A stretch of 64,000 nucleotides of DNA from Candidatus Omnitrophota bacterium (lineage in GTDB: Bacteria > Omnitrophota > Gorgyraeia > 1-14-0-20-64-10), in NCBI GenBank assembly GCA_023248155.1, contig JAHFFE010000004.1, positions 68,248 to 132,247 of the forward strand, given 5' to 3'. The stretch's first letter is position 1. Each line of letters opens with the position of its first letter. Position numbers and translations under genes: made by a program. Below are positions 24,401 to 39,400 of this stretch, one piece after another. The notes under the pieces were generated by a model. The model saw nothing but the letters and a program-made list of their open reading frames with translations. It was not told the DNA's origin and made no database searches.

Positions 24401-27400
24401 TTGCCGGCGCTTAAATTGCCGGCCATTATTCACCTGGACGGCGATCATTTTGCCGTGCTTGAAAAGGCCGACGCTGAAAACGTGACCGTGCGTGAATATA
24501 CGGGCGATTCTTTTGCGCTGAGCGTGGCGGAATTTGTGAAACATTGGGACGGCTTCGTGATGAGCGCCGATCAACCGGACCGCCGCACGCTTGACAGCGC
24601 GAGCCTGCAGCTCATCCGCGGTTCGGATGCGGCGCTGGGATCAAGCCCTGCCGATATTGCGGCATTGTCCGTCCAGCTTGGCAATTTGTTTGCCGCCATG
24701 GCTTCCGGTTCCGTGGATGCGACGCTGGCTCAGGCCGCCTTGGCCGCGGCAGGGGATTTGGTTTCCGTGCTGGCCATTTTTGAAGAATTAAGCGCCAAGG
24801 GCGCTTATCTCAAGAGTGCCGAAAATCTGGAAGAGCGCCTGCGCCAGCAGTCGCTGGCCTTCTTTGAGGAAATCGACCGGCTGGACCTGACCGTGCGCCG
24901 CGCTTCGCGTGTGTCGCAAGGCAAAGCTTTTATGGATCAGATCACCGCGCGCAACAAGGACATCCAGAATTTGCTCATTATTGCCCAGTCTACGGCTATG
25001 CAGTATCCTTCGAACTCGGCGATTGCCGCGGATCTTGCCGAAGTACAGACCATCGCGGCCCAGGCGGCGAACAAAGCCGCGCAGACCGCGATTTATCTGA
25101 ATGAATTGACGGCCGCCGAAGCCAATGCGGCCTCGCTGGCGTCCGCCATGCGCCAGGATCTTGCGCTCATGCAATCCCTGAACCTGCGCGCGCTGGCCAG
25201 CCGCAGCAGCGCGGAAGTGGCGTCGATTTTCTCGCAGGCGGATGAGATGGAAGACCAGATGCGCTTGCTGCGTGAAGACATCAACGACGTCTACGATGCC
25301 TTTCTCAGCAGTCAAGCCATTCTGGACCGTGCCACGGAAGCCAACGAACTGCTGCTGGAAGCGGCGCGCATCCTGGCCGAGTTGACCGTGCGCGCGCGTG
25401 CCGTGGCCCGTTATAACCAGATGAGCCCGCTGCTGTTGGACCGCGCGGATGTCAACCGCGACGGCAGCGTGACTGCCGCTGACGTGACAGCGCTCAATCT
25501 GGCCATGGCCACGGTGGATGACATCAATCTCGACGGCGTGGTCGACCTGCTCGATAAGGCCATCTGGCAGCAGCTCCTGCCGCTGATTCCGACGCTGGAT
25601 TTCCTGAATGGAACCTTAGCCGGGCTGGGCGATGTGGATGCGGACAGCCAGCTTGACAGCGACGACGTCTCCTTGTTCCGTTCGTACTTGTCGGCTTACG
25701 TCAACGTGGATCAAGACCCAGCCGGGCTGGTGGATTCGAGCGATGTCCTGGCCGTGAGCAATTATGTGAATTCAGGCTACACCTTCAAATACGGCACGCC
25801 GGACACCGTGACGCTGTACCGCTACTTCGGTGAAACCCAGCCCAAAGTCGTGCACGTGGCCGATCCGAACCAGACCATCTATGTCAATTCGATCTTTGAT
25901 GTACTCGATTCCACGAGCAATGAGACATTGGATGCCCTGACGGATGTGGAGTTTCCTGAGAATCAGGGCTTTTATGCCGGCCAGATGCAGGGAATTGAGC
26001 GCTCAGCACTGGCTTCCGATGATGAAAGCGCCGTGGCGCTCTTGGCCAGCCGCGCCCGCGACTTACTGGATCAGGCGCTCTTGGGCCGCGATCTTTTGAC
26101 CCTCATCAATACGCCCGCCAGCCGTCAAGTGGCACAGACTGCGGATGGAACGCTTGAAACTTTGGCTGATCTTTACACGGCCCTGCAGGATTGGACCAAG
26201 TTTGCCGCTCAAAAAGAAGACGTCGTGCGTTTGGATCGCGAAGCGCTCGTCAGTGCGGAAGCGGCGTTGGCCCAAGCGCGTGCCGCATTGGCCGGGCTTG
26301 TCGCTCAAGTCAATGCCGGCACGCTTTCATCGGCGGATCCTGCCTTCGCCGCGGCGCTGGCCAATGTCAGTGCCAGGGAAAGCGCATACACAGCGGCAAA
26401 AAACACCTTGAGCGCATCGGCGCAGGACTCCGGCCGCGTGCGGCGCGAGAAAATCCTGCTGGACTATCTCTACAAGTCGGCCAAGAACGATTTGGAATCC
26501 CTGCGGCGCTCGTACGAAAAAATTCGCGCTCAAGCCGAGGCGTTGCGTTACAAGAGTTACGCGGCCGTTACAAGTTCGTTTGTCCGCTATCTTGGAGATG
26601 CCGCCTATGCCGCGGGGCAAAAACTTGACCCCAATAAACCGGAGGACAAACCGCTGATCCGCGCGCTTCAGGAAGTCCAGGCCTTCCAGTACCGTCTGGC
26701 GGAAACAACCGGCAATGATTTGATGGACTTGTATAACGGCCTTAGCTTTGCGCGTGACAATGGGTGGGAAACCGGTCTTCAGCCGCCGGCGGACCCGATG
26801 CCTTTGACGATGGGCGCCTGGAATGATGATACCAACCCGCTGCAATTGATTGACTTTGATCATTCCAGCGCCCGGGAATTCCGCGCGAACGTCGACCGGC
26901 TCAAAATTATTTTCGAGCATTGGGGCGAACCGCTGCCTGGAACCGGCACGGGTGGTCTTGACCTAATGCTTGATGCCAGCCAGGTTACGTTCATCGAGCA
27001 GTTACGGGCCAAGATGGATACCATGACGCGTCTGATGCATCAAAACTATCCGTATTGGCAGCTGAAGCTGGGCGACGTGCTCTCAGGCGTGCCGCATTTC
27101 TTTACCGAGGCGCGCATGCTGATCGAAGGCGCTAAAGTGTATTACCAGGAACTCAAGATCCGGGCCGCGCTTGTGCGAAGCGCGCATCAGGCCTATGCCT
27201 CCCGTCAAACCGAATTTAATGCGGCCGCTGCTCGCGCTCTCGGTGTGGACCTGAAGGACCTGGATACGGATGGCGATGTGGATTATGACGATTTGAATGT
27301 TCTTAAAACCCGTGTGGATACGGAAGAGCAGGAGTATACCGGCACGCTGGGCTTAATGAGTGAACTGACCGCGCCCGATGTCGGCCTCGAAGCCGTGTTG

Positions 27401-30400
27401 AATAAACTCGAAGGCTTCTACGGCAATATGAAACCCGTGGACCGGCTTGAAAATCTGCGCCGTGAATTCTCGGCTTTTGAAGAACGCGTGCGCATGGCCC
27501 CAACGGCTGAAGCGGCGGCGGCTGAATACGAAGCGGCTGCGCTGGTGCTGCGTGACATCACCATGCCCAATGAAGAACACTCCGTGCGTATTTCCGGTGA
27601 GCTTGACCGCGCCGCCGCGCCGGGGACTTATAATCAGGTGGCCGTGTCTTTTGCCGCACCCATGCCTGAATTCAGAGTCGGGACAACAACCTTCAAATTT
27701 CCATTCCATCTGCGTATTGGCAATGAAATCTTTGGCATGCGTGCCGGCGACCACACCGTGACGCCCGAAATCATGAACCAGGCGTTTACGTTCTATAAAC
27801 TTTATGACGTGGTCGATGTGACTCTGCCGGATGGGTCGATCATCGGTTACAACCAGCCGGTCACCACGCTGGCCGCCATGAATCCCTTTGTTTCGTATTA
27901 CGATATTCCGACGGGAGAACACCGGGTCAACGTGGGACCGATCACTTACCGGCTGGATGAAGGTTTGACCGGTCTTTGGCTGCGGCTTGAAACCGAAAAA
28001 GATCAATATGTGGAAATCGCCGAAGAACAATACAGCCTCTTCATGAGCGGCAATCCCGTTTATATGGCCGTGCGCCGTGCCTATGAAGATGCGGCGGCCG
28101 CCTACGAAAGTGCCGCCAACGCCGTCACCGCCGAAGAGGAACGTGTGGCGGATGAGGAAGAGGATCGCGCGGCAGCTATCCGCCGGAGCGTTGACGCACT
28201 GATGCAAAATCAAATCACACCGCTTGGGCTGGGGATTTTCGGCACATCCGGCAGCGTTCTTTTAGATGCGGCCGAGATCGAGCGCCGTTTGGATGAGTTC
28301 GCGAATTATGAAGCCGAGTTTGATCAATTGCAGAATGAAATCGTCCGCCTGCAAGCCATGGCTTTGGCGCCGGCCCTGACCGAGGTCAATGCCAAGGCCG
28401 CACTGGTTGCCGCCCAAGCGGCGCCGCGTAATGCTGTCAAGGCTGATCTTGAGACAGCCCACGCCCAGGCGCAATTTGCCGCGGAATTGGCCGCGGCCTT
28501 TAACGCCGCGCGCGCGGCGTTGGGAAGGGGCCAGCTTTCGTCATCCGGACTTGCTGGGCTAAGCGAGAGTGTGTTGAATGCGCGCTACAGCGGACTTTTG
28601 GCCGAGAGACTTGCTTCTGAACTGGCGCTGGCGCGCTACATGCAAATCTATGAGCGCATGAATGGTGCGGCGCGCGCGCGTCTGGATTCCATCTACGACC
28701 GCACGGCTTTGGCCGCGGATTGGCAAGCCGCATTCAGCAATTTGAACACGGCGCTGCAAACTGCGGAAGCGGCGCGGATCGCGGATGAGATTACGGCCGG
28801 AACAACGAATTTATCCGCGATTGCTGGCAATCTCAATAGCACGATTACCGCAGCGGATACGAATTTTGACAACCGTAAACTGGTGCTTGATACCGCGGCC
28901 GGAGCGGCCACGGATAACGCCACGCTCAAACCGCTGGTCGAAGGCGCGGACGGCTATATCGAAATGCGCAACAAAATCCAAGGCATGAAAGATCTTTTGG
29001 AACGCGCCCTGAATTGGTCGACGGACGCTTCTTTCGTGGCCTCCGTCACCGCCATGCTGTCGACGATCAATGCGGATGCGGGCGCCTACGACACTGCGAT
29101 CGCGATGCAAAATGTCCGCTTGGCGCATTTTGCCCTGCGTGACGGTCCGGTCACGGGCCAGCGCAACCGGGTCGTGACGCTCAAGAACCAGGCGCAGACG
29201 ATTGACACCGGCCTGCCGCCCAATCCCACGATCCAGGATGCGCGCGCGATCAATGCCGTGCTGGCACGGGTTGCGGCCGCTGCCGGACAAATCGAAAAAA
29301 TGCGCGATGAAGCGCGCGAACTTTTCCGCCGCACGGATGCGTATTATGCGGCGGTCGCGGCTTCGGGGCAGATCATTTTGGCGCCCTTGCGCGCGGATGA
29401 AATCAATGCGCTGAACGACATGAACAACCTCCTTCTCAATTTGAACACACGGCTTGCCGCGCTTGAAAATGACGCCTATCTGGTCGAACGCGACCGGTTG
29501 AACGGGATTAAGGCCGATCGCTTGACGGACAAAAACAACCGTTGGACGGACCTGACGGCAGCCGGCGGCCTGACGCCGATGAGCGGCAGCTATGAGAATT
29601 ACTACGCCAACCATGATCTGGTGCGCGCCCTGCGTGAGGAGACCGACGCAGAAGCCGTGGCCGGTGAGAAAGTTAAGGAACAACGCGACATCGTGACAGT
29701 TCAGCTTGTTGCTCGCGCCGACGCTCTGCGCGCTTCGATGCAGGCTGTTATTCAAAGCCAGCTTGAGCCGCTGCTTGCGGGCCTTCTCGATGTCAACGGC
29801 GTGCCCGTGCTTTCCGAAGCGGAGTTGACTCTGCGCATGGGGCAAGCTCGCACCAAACGCGCTGACTTTGAGGCCCTGCGCGATGAGTTGAACCGGATTA
29901 AAACCTATCTGCCTGACGATGCCCGGGAAGATTTTCAGGTTTATCTGAATGCCGCTTCGACTTTTGGCCTGCGGGTCGATGAGATTTTGACTCAGCTGGC
30001 GGATGCGCTCAACTATGAAGTGCATGCGGATGGTGCGCGCGCAGCGATGAGCGCCGCTGCGGCCGCTGCGGCCAGCGCTTCAGTGCGGATCGGCGGCCTG
30101 AATTTGACTGCGCTTTCGGATGCGGCTTTGGGCAATCTGCGCTCGGGGCTTTTGAGCGACCGCGCCAATCTTGAAGCCGCCCTGCTCAACTATGAGCGCC
30201 TATTCGCCACAGCCACGGGCGCCAGCCAGAACCGTCTGGCCAGCATCTATAACACCGCGTCCCTGCGGGCGGCCTTTAACAGCATGTTTAATGCACTTGA
30301 TGCCGAACTGGCACGCCGCGAACAGATTTTGATTCAAGCGGCGCTGACAAGTATGCCGCCTGCGCTCACGGCAGCCACATTGGCTGCCAATACGGCCGCC

Positions 30401-33400
30401 ACGATTGCCAATTGGAAAGCTGATTTTACAACTCGCCTAGGCCTGTTGGAAAGCGCCTTCCAGACGGCCTCTACGGGTGCGGCCATGAATCTAGTCATTC
30501 TGAATGCGGCGGCAGATGATTTGACGGACCTTCTGCTGGATGCCGAAGAAGCGCGCCGCGCCGTCACGCGCATGCCAGCCTGGGTGGCCGAAAGACCGCT
30601 GACGGAAACAGCGGCATTCCGCAATGAAGTCACAGCCGGTGCAGAAGAGATCGGCTTCCTGCTTCAGCGCATCACGGCCAAAATGCTGGGCATGAACAAA
30701 ATTGCCGGTTATCAGACCATGAAGGAAGGCGAACTCAGCGCGAATCTTACGGTCGTTCAGGCCGCTAAAGCCGAGGTTGATGCGCTTGAGGCGGCCTTGT
30801 TAGCAGTGCCTGCTGCGGATGCGCCCGTCACGGACCTGGATCGCGCGCGCGTGGAAGGGGAGATTGCCTTGAAGGCCATGCATCTGCAATGGTCACTGGC
30901 CGAAGAGCGCCTGCGCGCCTCGCGCGAATTGCAGCTTGGCGCCGGCGCCGCCGCCGCGGGCTATACGGCCCCGTCGGTTTCTGACCAGGATACGGCCTTG
31001 CTTGGCATCATGCAGGCTGCCGGCCGCCTGTCCACGCGCCTGGCCGACCTAGATAAACGCCGCGAACTCAAAGCGCTGGAAGAAGCCCGGCGCAAACAGT
31101 ATGAGGCTGCGCTCAAAGTCCAGGAAGCCAAAGACCGGGTCAATGGCGACTCGGTACTCTACTGGTTCCAGACGGTCCATGACATGGCCTATCAATCCCT
31201 GCAGGAAACCCGCGATCTCAAGCGTGCCTTTGAAAATGCCTTTGCCGCCATGCGCGTCTCGTTTGAAAACATGCGCGCCAAAGTGCAGGCTGAAAACGAA
31301 ATTCAGAAAAAAGCCAAAGATCTGTCCGAGGAACTCAAGGCGCATGCACAAATTGTCAACCAACTTGTCTTTGACTTGTCACTCTTGGAAAATTTCGGTG
31401 AGATCGTGACCGATCCCGACAACGCCAACTTCTCCCATGTGGATTTGGCGGATAACGCCCAAATCCTGCTGCGTCAGATCAACGAATATACGGGCGGGCT
31501 GGGCGACGGCAAGAAGGGCCTGATCGATGACTATCAAGACATCAAGGCCATGGCCGAGTCTCAGCCGGAAAATATCGAATTGCAGCGAATTTTGAAAGAC
31601 GTGGAACCGACCGCGCTTGACGCCATGGCCATTCAGCGCGTACTCAGCGACCTCTTTGGCGTGATGAGCGCCTACAGCCGTTCGGTCCAGCATCAGGAAC
31701 TAGCGCGCGCAGCCATCGAAGCCGAGAAACAGTTGATGGCGCTTTTTGAAAATGAAACCGACGACGGCGCCAAGGCGGCTTACTTTGACCTCTTCCAGCA
31801 GGCGGAAGGCAAACGCCAGGAAGCGATGAATCTGTCCATGTCAGAAGCGCGCGGCATTCTGGGGAACCTGGACCAATTGCGCGAGTACGTCGATAACTCC
31901 GACCCGTTCCTGAAAGAAAACTATCCGTCGCTTCTGACGGCCGACAAGCTGCGCATCGTCAGCCTGCTTGAAAAAATCATCGGCAGTGCAAACCTGTTGT
32001 CTCTCTCCAACGGCACGGGCGTTGAGACACCATTGGGCTCAGTCGTCGATGTGGAACACCGTCTTGATCTGGTGACGCGCCTGCGCAATAACCGGGGTTT
32101 GAGCAACGCGCCGCAGACGGAATCCGGCAGCGCGATGACGAATGTTGAAAATTTTAAATTTAATTTTAAAAATGACGTCATTCCAGCCGGATTCCCGATT
32201 CAGAACAATACTGTCTATGAATGGTTCCCGGCACCCGCAACGCCGCCGGCCGTCACGCCCAAGTGGTACGACCTTCAAGCCGGTTCAATTAATTTCTCGG
32301 CTCCGGCTTCAAATTTTGTACCTGGCCAGGCGTATGTGATTATGCGCTATGTCAAGCATCCGACCCGCTATAGACCGTGGAACGGTGTGGGTCCGGAACC
32401 GATTCATGAAGACGAGGAATTCCTCTACCGTGTCGTCACATTCTTGCGTGAGCCGTCGGACGACAAACCGGGTGAGATGGTGACGATTCTGCAGCAGCCT
32501 GAGAGAAAGCTGATTCCCGATCCCTCTAACCCAGCGGAAAAAATTGTCGGCACGAAGTGGGGGACGGTCGGTACGCCGCGCACTGACGCTATCAACAAAT
32601 ATGTGCCGGGTGTGATTCTTGAGGGTTCATCCACGACCACGCCGCCGGTCGCAGAGCCGCAATGGACCGGTAAGTCAGCGGATGTGGCCAAGGATGAAAA
32701 TAATCAATTTGTCGTGGTCGTTGACGGCAAGATTTATCGTCAATCGGCCGCTCAGGTGACGTTGATCAGCGACAACCGCTATACACCCGGCGGAGATGGC
32801 AAACTGACGCTTCAAATTTTAGTGACCGAGGGCACGGCCATTTCCTGGAAACAGCTTGTGATTATGCCCGAGGCTTTCCGTGGTGAATTTAAAGGCGACA
32901 TCAAAACCATTTTAGGAGCCAAGGACGCGCATGACCGTCTGCTCAAGGCCATGTTCGGCGCCACGGGTACGGCGGCCAATCCGGCCACGCCCGACGGCAT
33001 CGGCGGACTACGCGGGGATGCTTTCCGGCGCACGGGCGGCGTCGAGTTTTTTGAGACACAAAAATTTATCCTGGATACGCCGCGTGAGATTTTCAAAAAT
33101 ACAAAGCTTATTGAGAATCCGCCTAACACTACGCCCAATCTGGTCACAAGCCTGCAGCTTGCGTCCGTACCGGTGACAATCAACGGGATTAATTCAATGG
33201 TTATCCAGCCCGCGCTTACGAGCGCTCTGCATCAATTTTTCCCGGTTCCCACCGGCTATGCGGTGCGCGAAGATTTGGATATCAGTTTGTTGGACAACGG
33301 CAATTTTAAAACGACCGCGTTGTTTGACCCTGACCTCAACGATTTAGAGGTTACGGTGGAGCGTGATCCGCTCACATTAGACCCGCGGCGCGTCTCTGTT

Positions 33401-36400
33401 CCAGGGCTGGGAACTTTCGACGTCAAAGTGGTGCCAGGTTATGCGAATACGAACGAAATCGACAATAGCAATTTCCACCAGTTCCAGGCGATCTACGATG
33501 TCGGTACCTTGAGCGCACCCGGCGGCAGCGGCAAACTCTATCTCTACCTGCCGGTTCATGTGGGCGAAATCTTCGCCGATGTCAATGGCGACGGCTATCT
33601 GGGGCTCGAGACCGATCCGGAACTGATGGTCTGGCAGGACGGCCAGCTTGTGGACATCAAGGCCAGAGACACGGCGTCGACAACCGCCACGCCTCCCGGC
33701 TTGGGGACACCGATTTCGCAGTACAAATTTGGGATTGGGGTTGCTCCGGATAAAGTAACGCTTAGTTCTTACCTGCCGTGGATGAATGTGGCGGCGACGA
33801 CCCTAAGGTCGGTTCAGCCGGGAACTTCAGCGATGGTGACGAACTTGGTGGAAATTCAGGGGCGCTTGTTTAGCTTCTCCGACGGGACGTTGCGGAGTGA
33901 AGTGGCGCTTAACAGCACGGATACGCAGTATGTTCTGCTTATGCCAACACTTGCGGATCCCCAGCATACAGAAACGGTGGTGATTCAGCATAACGCGGTC
34001 AATACCGCAGCGGTTAATTTTGCAGCCGCGGTAACGCGCGATGGCACCGGCATTGAAGACTTTACGTACAAGGGCGTGCAGGATGCCTGGGATCCAACAT
34101 TCCTGCATCGCAAAGTGACGTCTGCCATGGCCGCGGATTATCGGTTGGCGGTGCCAGGAACGGTCACGTTTGAAGGCGACACGGTCAATTATAACGTTCT
34201 CAAGCACGTTGAAGTGACATATGAACTGGAAAATGGCGAAACATTCACGAGCCGGGGAGAAACTACCGGGTTTGTGAGTGATGCGAGCAGCAACATCCTC
34301 GTGGGAACGGCCGCGAATCCCGTGACCTATACGGCACTTTCAACCACCCAAGTCCAGCTTTGCCAGGGACCGACCGTTCCGCCGGTTTGCCAGACGTTCA
34401 ATGCGCGGGTTTTAAATCGCACCTACTTCGTCGAAAGCCAGTCCGGCCACAAGGCCGGTATGATGACGTTCGGTGCCGTGACCTTGAAAAATTTGAATAG
34501 CGATGCAGCGGTGGTTATGGGCGGCATCCTGGCCAACATGGCTAATTCCGGCGGCAATGAAATGGATCGCGAGACCGATATTGCCGAATTGATTGCGAAT
34601 TCCCAGCATGTCAGTTCCTTGCGTGCATCCATGACCCAGGCTGAAACAGAGTACCAACAGGCGGCGGACCGCTACGAAGCAGCCTTTAAAATGTGGAAAG
34701 AGTATGAACGGCAAACAGGTTTGCCCGCAGCTTGGGGCGGAATTCAACAAACCGAAGAACAGGCCCTTCTGATCGACCCTGTAACCGGGCTGCCGACGAC
34801 AGGGCTTATCCGTTTTGGCACGTACGAATATCTGCAGCAGACCAAGCGCGATTATCTGCTGGCCAAACAAGAAAAAGAATTGCTCGAGCAGGAGCAAGCT
34901 TCGCTCTTGCGCCTAATCAAGACCAAAATAGATGAGTTCAAACGCGCAGACGAGCGTTATCAAGCCATGCAAAACCTGCTCAATGAAGCCAAGGCCGTGG
35001 AACAGCTTTTGCGCTACTACATCGGCAATGACGATATGCAGTCGTCGACGTATGACCCCAATTACCTGGTGCCACCTCTGGGACCGGCCCTGCTGCCGAC
35101 ACAGGACTATGTTTCAACGGATGTGGAGTTTCAGTCTTTCATCGACGCGCGCAATTTGAATACGTTGACGGGCACGAACACGGGTCAGGAGTTTCAGGGC
35201 TGGATTGCCCAGGAAACCATCCGCGCGGCCATGAAGATCTGGCCCAAGAGCACCTGGGACACATCGGTGTTTACTCCCAATCCATTTCCCGGGGGCGGCT
35301 TAGAGGCGTATCTCATCCCGCAAATGATTCCGGATTCGCAGCAGCGTTATATGTACGGCAATTACACAACGGCTGACGATGCTGCCCATGATTTTAACAA
35401 CGCGGGCTTCTTTGCGCGCACGGGCGTCAATACGATTGATTACCACTATAGACCGGGGCTGGTGGATCTGTTGGATGAAGTGGTGGGTATGGGGCCGCTC
35501 AATCCAGTGGCTGGCACGGCCTTGCCGCCCAGCGTATCCGATGTCAATCTTAAAAAATTGGATCTTAATTTGATTCCTTATGGAGAGTTAGACATGCTCA
35601 TGTTTGACGAAAGTGTGCGCGAGCAAGTCCGGCTTGAGGGCGGCATTACCCAAAACGGAACGCGTTCCAACAATAGCTTAATCGAGGGGGTGGATGTCAC
35701 GGCGAATAGGGGCACGCAAGCGGTGCTGGAACGCGTGGTCTACGGAGGGATTGCTGATTTGAGAAGCATCTACAAAGAATACCTGGATCTGCTCGTGGCC
35801 GGCAGCCTGCGTCTGGCTTCCGATGGGCGCCAAGACAAAACCGGCCACGGCGCCAGCGCGCTGGCGCTTTTGGAAAATATGTTCCGGGTCTTTAATAACC
35901 GGACCAGTCTCGGTCAATTTCCCTCCAGCATGGCGCCGTTGGCGGTTTATCAGAACCCGCCGGCAAATTCGGAATTTTTGACAGGCGATCCCTCGGATGG
36001 TCCGGAAAAGGGCGGCAAAATGATCATCAGCCTGCCTAAGGAATTTACGGGCGATTTCAACAACTCCGCGGACAAAACGCATAACGGCACCTTAGACAGC
36101 AACGAATACATAAATTTGCCCGGAGAAATAACGGATAGGGACAAAGTCGTCATTGATTTGGAATGGACGGGCTATCGCACAGAAACCATGGCGGGTACCA
36201 GCGCCGATGAAGCCGCTACGGGGCAAAATAAAGTGGATTTGGTTGATCGATTTTTTATCAAGCATATCAGCTGGCATTCGGCGGACAATAAGCTATACGA
36301 TTATTACTTTCTTCCGAAAGACGATCCGTTCCGCGGTACCGACCTCCCGGATGGTACGCTTCGCTTTTTTGACCCGCTCGGCGTCGAGCCCGGCAAGCCG

Positions 36401-39400
36401 GTCACGTTTAACATTTACATCCCCGATCCCTCTGCTGTGGCCGGTGCGGATAGGGCCAAAGACATCAAGCGTGCGTATTCGGTCTATGTGGACATCAAAA
36501 AAATGGATACGCATCCGGTCACGAGCCAACCCTTGCCTTCGGCTACAAAATTTTACGATGTCCAATTCCGCCACGCTGACGGGCTGGTCCAGCAGATTCA
36601 GAACCTTATCGACAATCCCACGGCTCCCTCGGTGATCGAAAAAGACCGGGTCATGATCTTTGACGAAAATGATCCGACGATCTACCGGCTGGATGAAAAC
36701 AATCCCGCGCATAGCCCGGTGAAAATGGAATTGGCCGAGCGCCGCACCCAGCTTGCGGACGAGATCAGCGGGCTTCTTGAAAAATACCGCGGTCTCTACG
36801 GCGGCAGCGACCTAAACGCCGAGGATACGGCTTTTAGCGACCAGGAAAATGCTGCTTTGGTAGCGATCATCGGAAGCTTGGATTTGACGGCCCCGGTAGT
36901 CGGCGGCAATACGGTGCCCTCACGATTGATGGACGCGCAGACTAGCTATGCTGCCAAGCAGGATGAGTTTCTAAAAGCTGTTGCGATTGAATCTAAAACC
37001 CGTGTCCAGCTTGAAGATCAAGATGCCAAGTTCAAAGCCGCCAAAGATAAATACGAGGACATGCTCAAGCAATACCGTGCCGCGCAGGAAGATGCAGCCA
37101 TGATTGCGGCCCGTCAGTTCGCAGATCCGGTCAAAGAAGCCCTGCGCGCGGATTGGAAGAGCAAAGAAACGACGGCGCTGGATCTGGAAAGGCAGTTACG
37201 CCTGGCTCAATCGAATCCCGATGTGCAGTCCGAGGACGTGCAGGCACTGGAGCAGCAGGCCATTACGGCGCGTACGTCTGCGGATACGGCTCATAGCGCT
37301 TTTAATGACTACGTCAATGTTTACCTGGCCAAGGCCGAAGAGTTTAATAAGCGCGTGACTCTGCGCGCGCAGGAAGATATGGAGACCGCGCGCGATGCCT
37401 ACCGTGACCTGGAAGAGGAATTTTTGAAAGGCCGCCAGGCGCTTGAGACGATGCGAGTCAGCCAATACAGCAATGAAGCCCTGCAAGACAAATACCGCAA
37501 TGGCTTTGAACAGGCCCAGTACATGATTTCCAATCGCGATGAAGAACAGTTTACGCTGAAGTACGGGGCGCGTCAGGCGGAGAGCGCGGCATCTTTCGGC
37601 CGCAATCAAATTGAAACCGCGATTCAGGGCGCTGTCGATCAGATCGACCGCGTGCGCGATGCCGTGCAGGGCATCACCGCTGATTTTGAAAAATTGGCCG
37701 ATGCTTCCGAAAAACAAACCTTGATGCAAACCCGGCTGCAGCCTGCGCTGGATAAGGCTGAACAGACGGCTGACATTTATGAAGCCGCCGCGCAAGTGGA
37801 GTATGACGAGGCGCTCTACTGGATGGGCGCCAATAACAGTTTGCGATCCATTCTGGCGTATTCGGAAACAACGGTTTTTCCGCCTACGGGGGTGGGGACG
37901 GTCATCCGCATTCCAGGCTCCAATCCGCCGGTGAATGTAGCAGTCCGGTACGATGAACAGCTCAAGGTTTTCTGTTTTGAAAATCTTTGCAATGCCGGCG
38001 GCCAGCTCATGCTGGATGGCGGTAGTGTGCAATACGGCGGCAAGTCTTACAAAGTCAATTTGAACGGCAGTAAAGCTAAAGGCGGTTATATTGAACTGAC
38101 CGCGCCTGATCCGGACATGATCCGCGGCGTTTTTGATATCGGCGACAGCAAACGCCAGGATTATTTCAGCCTCCAGAACCGGGAGATTGCATTGACCCGT
38201 GAAAAGATGATGCTCGAGGAAGAGGCCGCCATCCGCGATGCGGAAATCGCCGGGAATCTTGCCAAAGTGCAGGCACTGCTTGCGGCTTATAACACGGCCA
38301 ATGCCAATAGTGATCTCTCGCAGGCCGACAAAGACCGGGCCTATCAGCTCTGGAAATCAGCCCGGGAGCAGCTCAATGAACTCTACATCCAGCGCTTCGG
38401 CGTCTTTGATCAGTCGCCTGCGCCGCCAACGGCAGCCTATCAAGATCCTCGAACATTAACAGCCGTTCTGTGCTCTGACGCCGAGTGGATTGGCCGCTGC
38501 AACAGTCTTGCGCAGAGTATTTACCGCCGTTTGGACGACGTCACCACGCAGCTTACAAGCGTCGCAACCCTCAAGACCCAGGCGACGAACAATTACAATA
38601 CGGCGCTGACCCAATTGGGCGGGTTGAGCGATGCTCCGACAGTGCTCAGTACGCGCGATCAACTATTCGATGTTTTGGTTAATCTTCCGGATAGTCTCGC
38701 GCGGCGGCAAGCTGAGTCCATGGCCGCGAGTTTTGCCTATGGCATGGACAGTGCCGGTTGGGACGATAGCATTGTCGCGCTATGTCCGGCGGGCTCTACG
38801 GATGATGAAATTGACATCGATTGCGTGCGCCGGGATTCCAAAGGCAAGATTATGACGGATATCCATGGAAATGTGATGTACATTCCGTTTGAAAAGAATG
38901 CTGTCGGGTATGTGGAGGGTGCCCGCAAAACTGCCTGGTACAATTTTTACAAAGAAGAAGCGGCCATGCGCGATTTTGAACTGCGCAAGTCGTTTGTCGA
39001 AGAAGCCCTGAAAGGCGTCAATGCGCAGCTTGAAGAAATCATCAAAGCCAAGTTGACGGTGGAACAGGAGATTCAGGATGTTCTGAAGGGTTCGAATCAA
39101 AAGACTTCGACCACTCCGGCCCAGGCGATTAATTTCTATTTTAATCCAGCAGATCCGCTTGCCTTTGTGGGCCCGGTGCAGCCTTGGGAAGTGGTCTCGC
39201 CCTATTTCTATGAGAGTGCCAATGCCAAGACGTACTATGAAGCCGAACTTGATCCGCGGGTCCAAAAATTAATGCGGTTGATCAAACCGGACACCGGAGT
39301 GGCGCTGGGAACTCCATCGCTTGACGCCGCAGGCGTTATTTTTCAAGCGCTTACGGATTTGCGTCAAAGACAGCAAAATTTACAGAACGAACTTAAAACA

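Noticed and set aside
24161-24565. Active C39 cysteine protease or PCAT ABC transporter
   Set aside because: The catalytic Cys is missing and no ABC membrane or nucleotide-binding domain follows.
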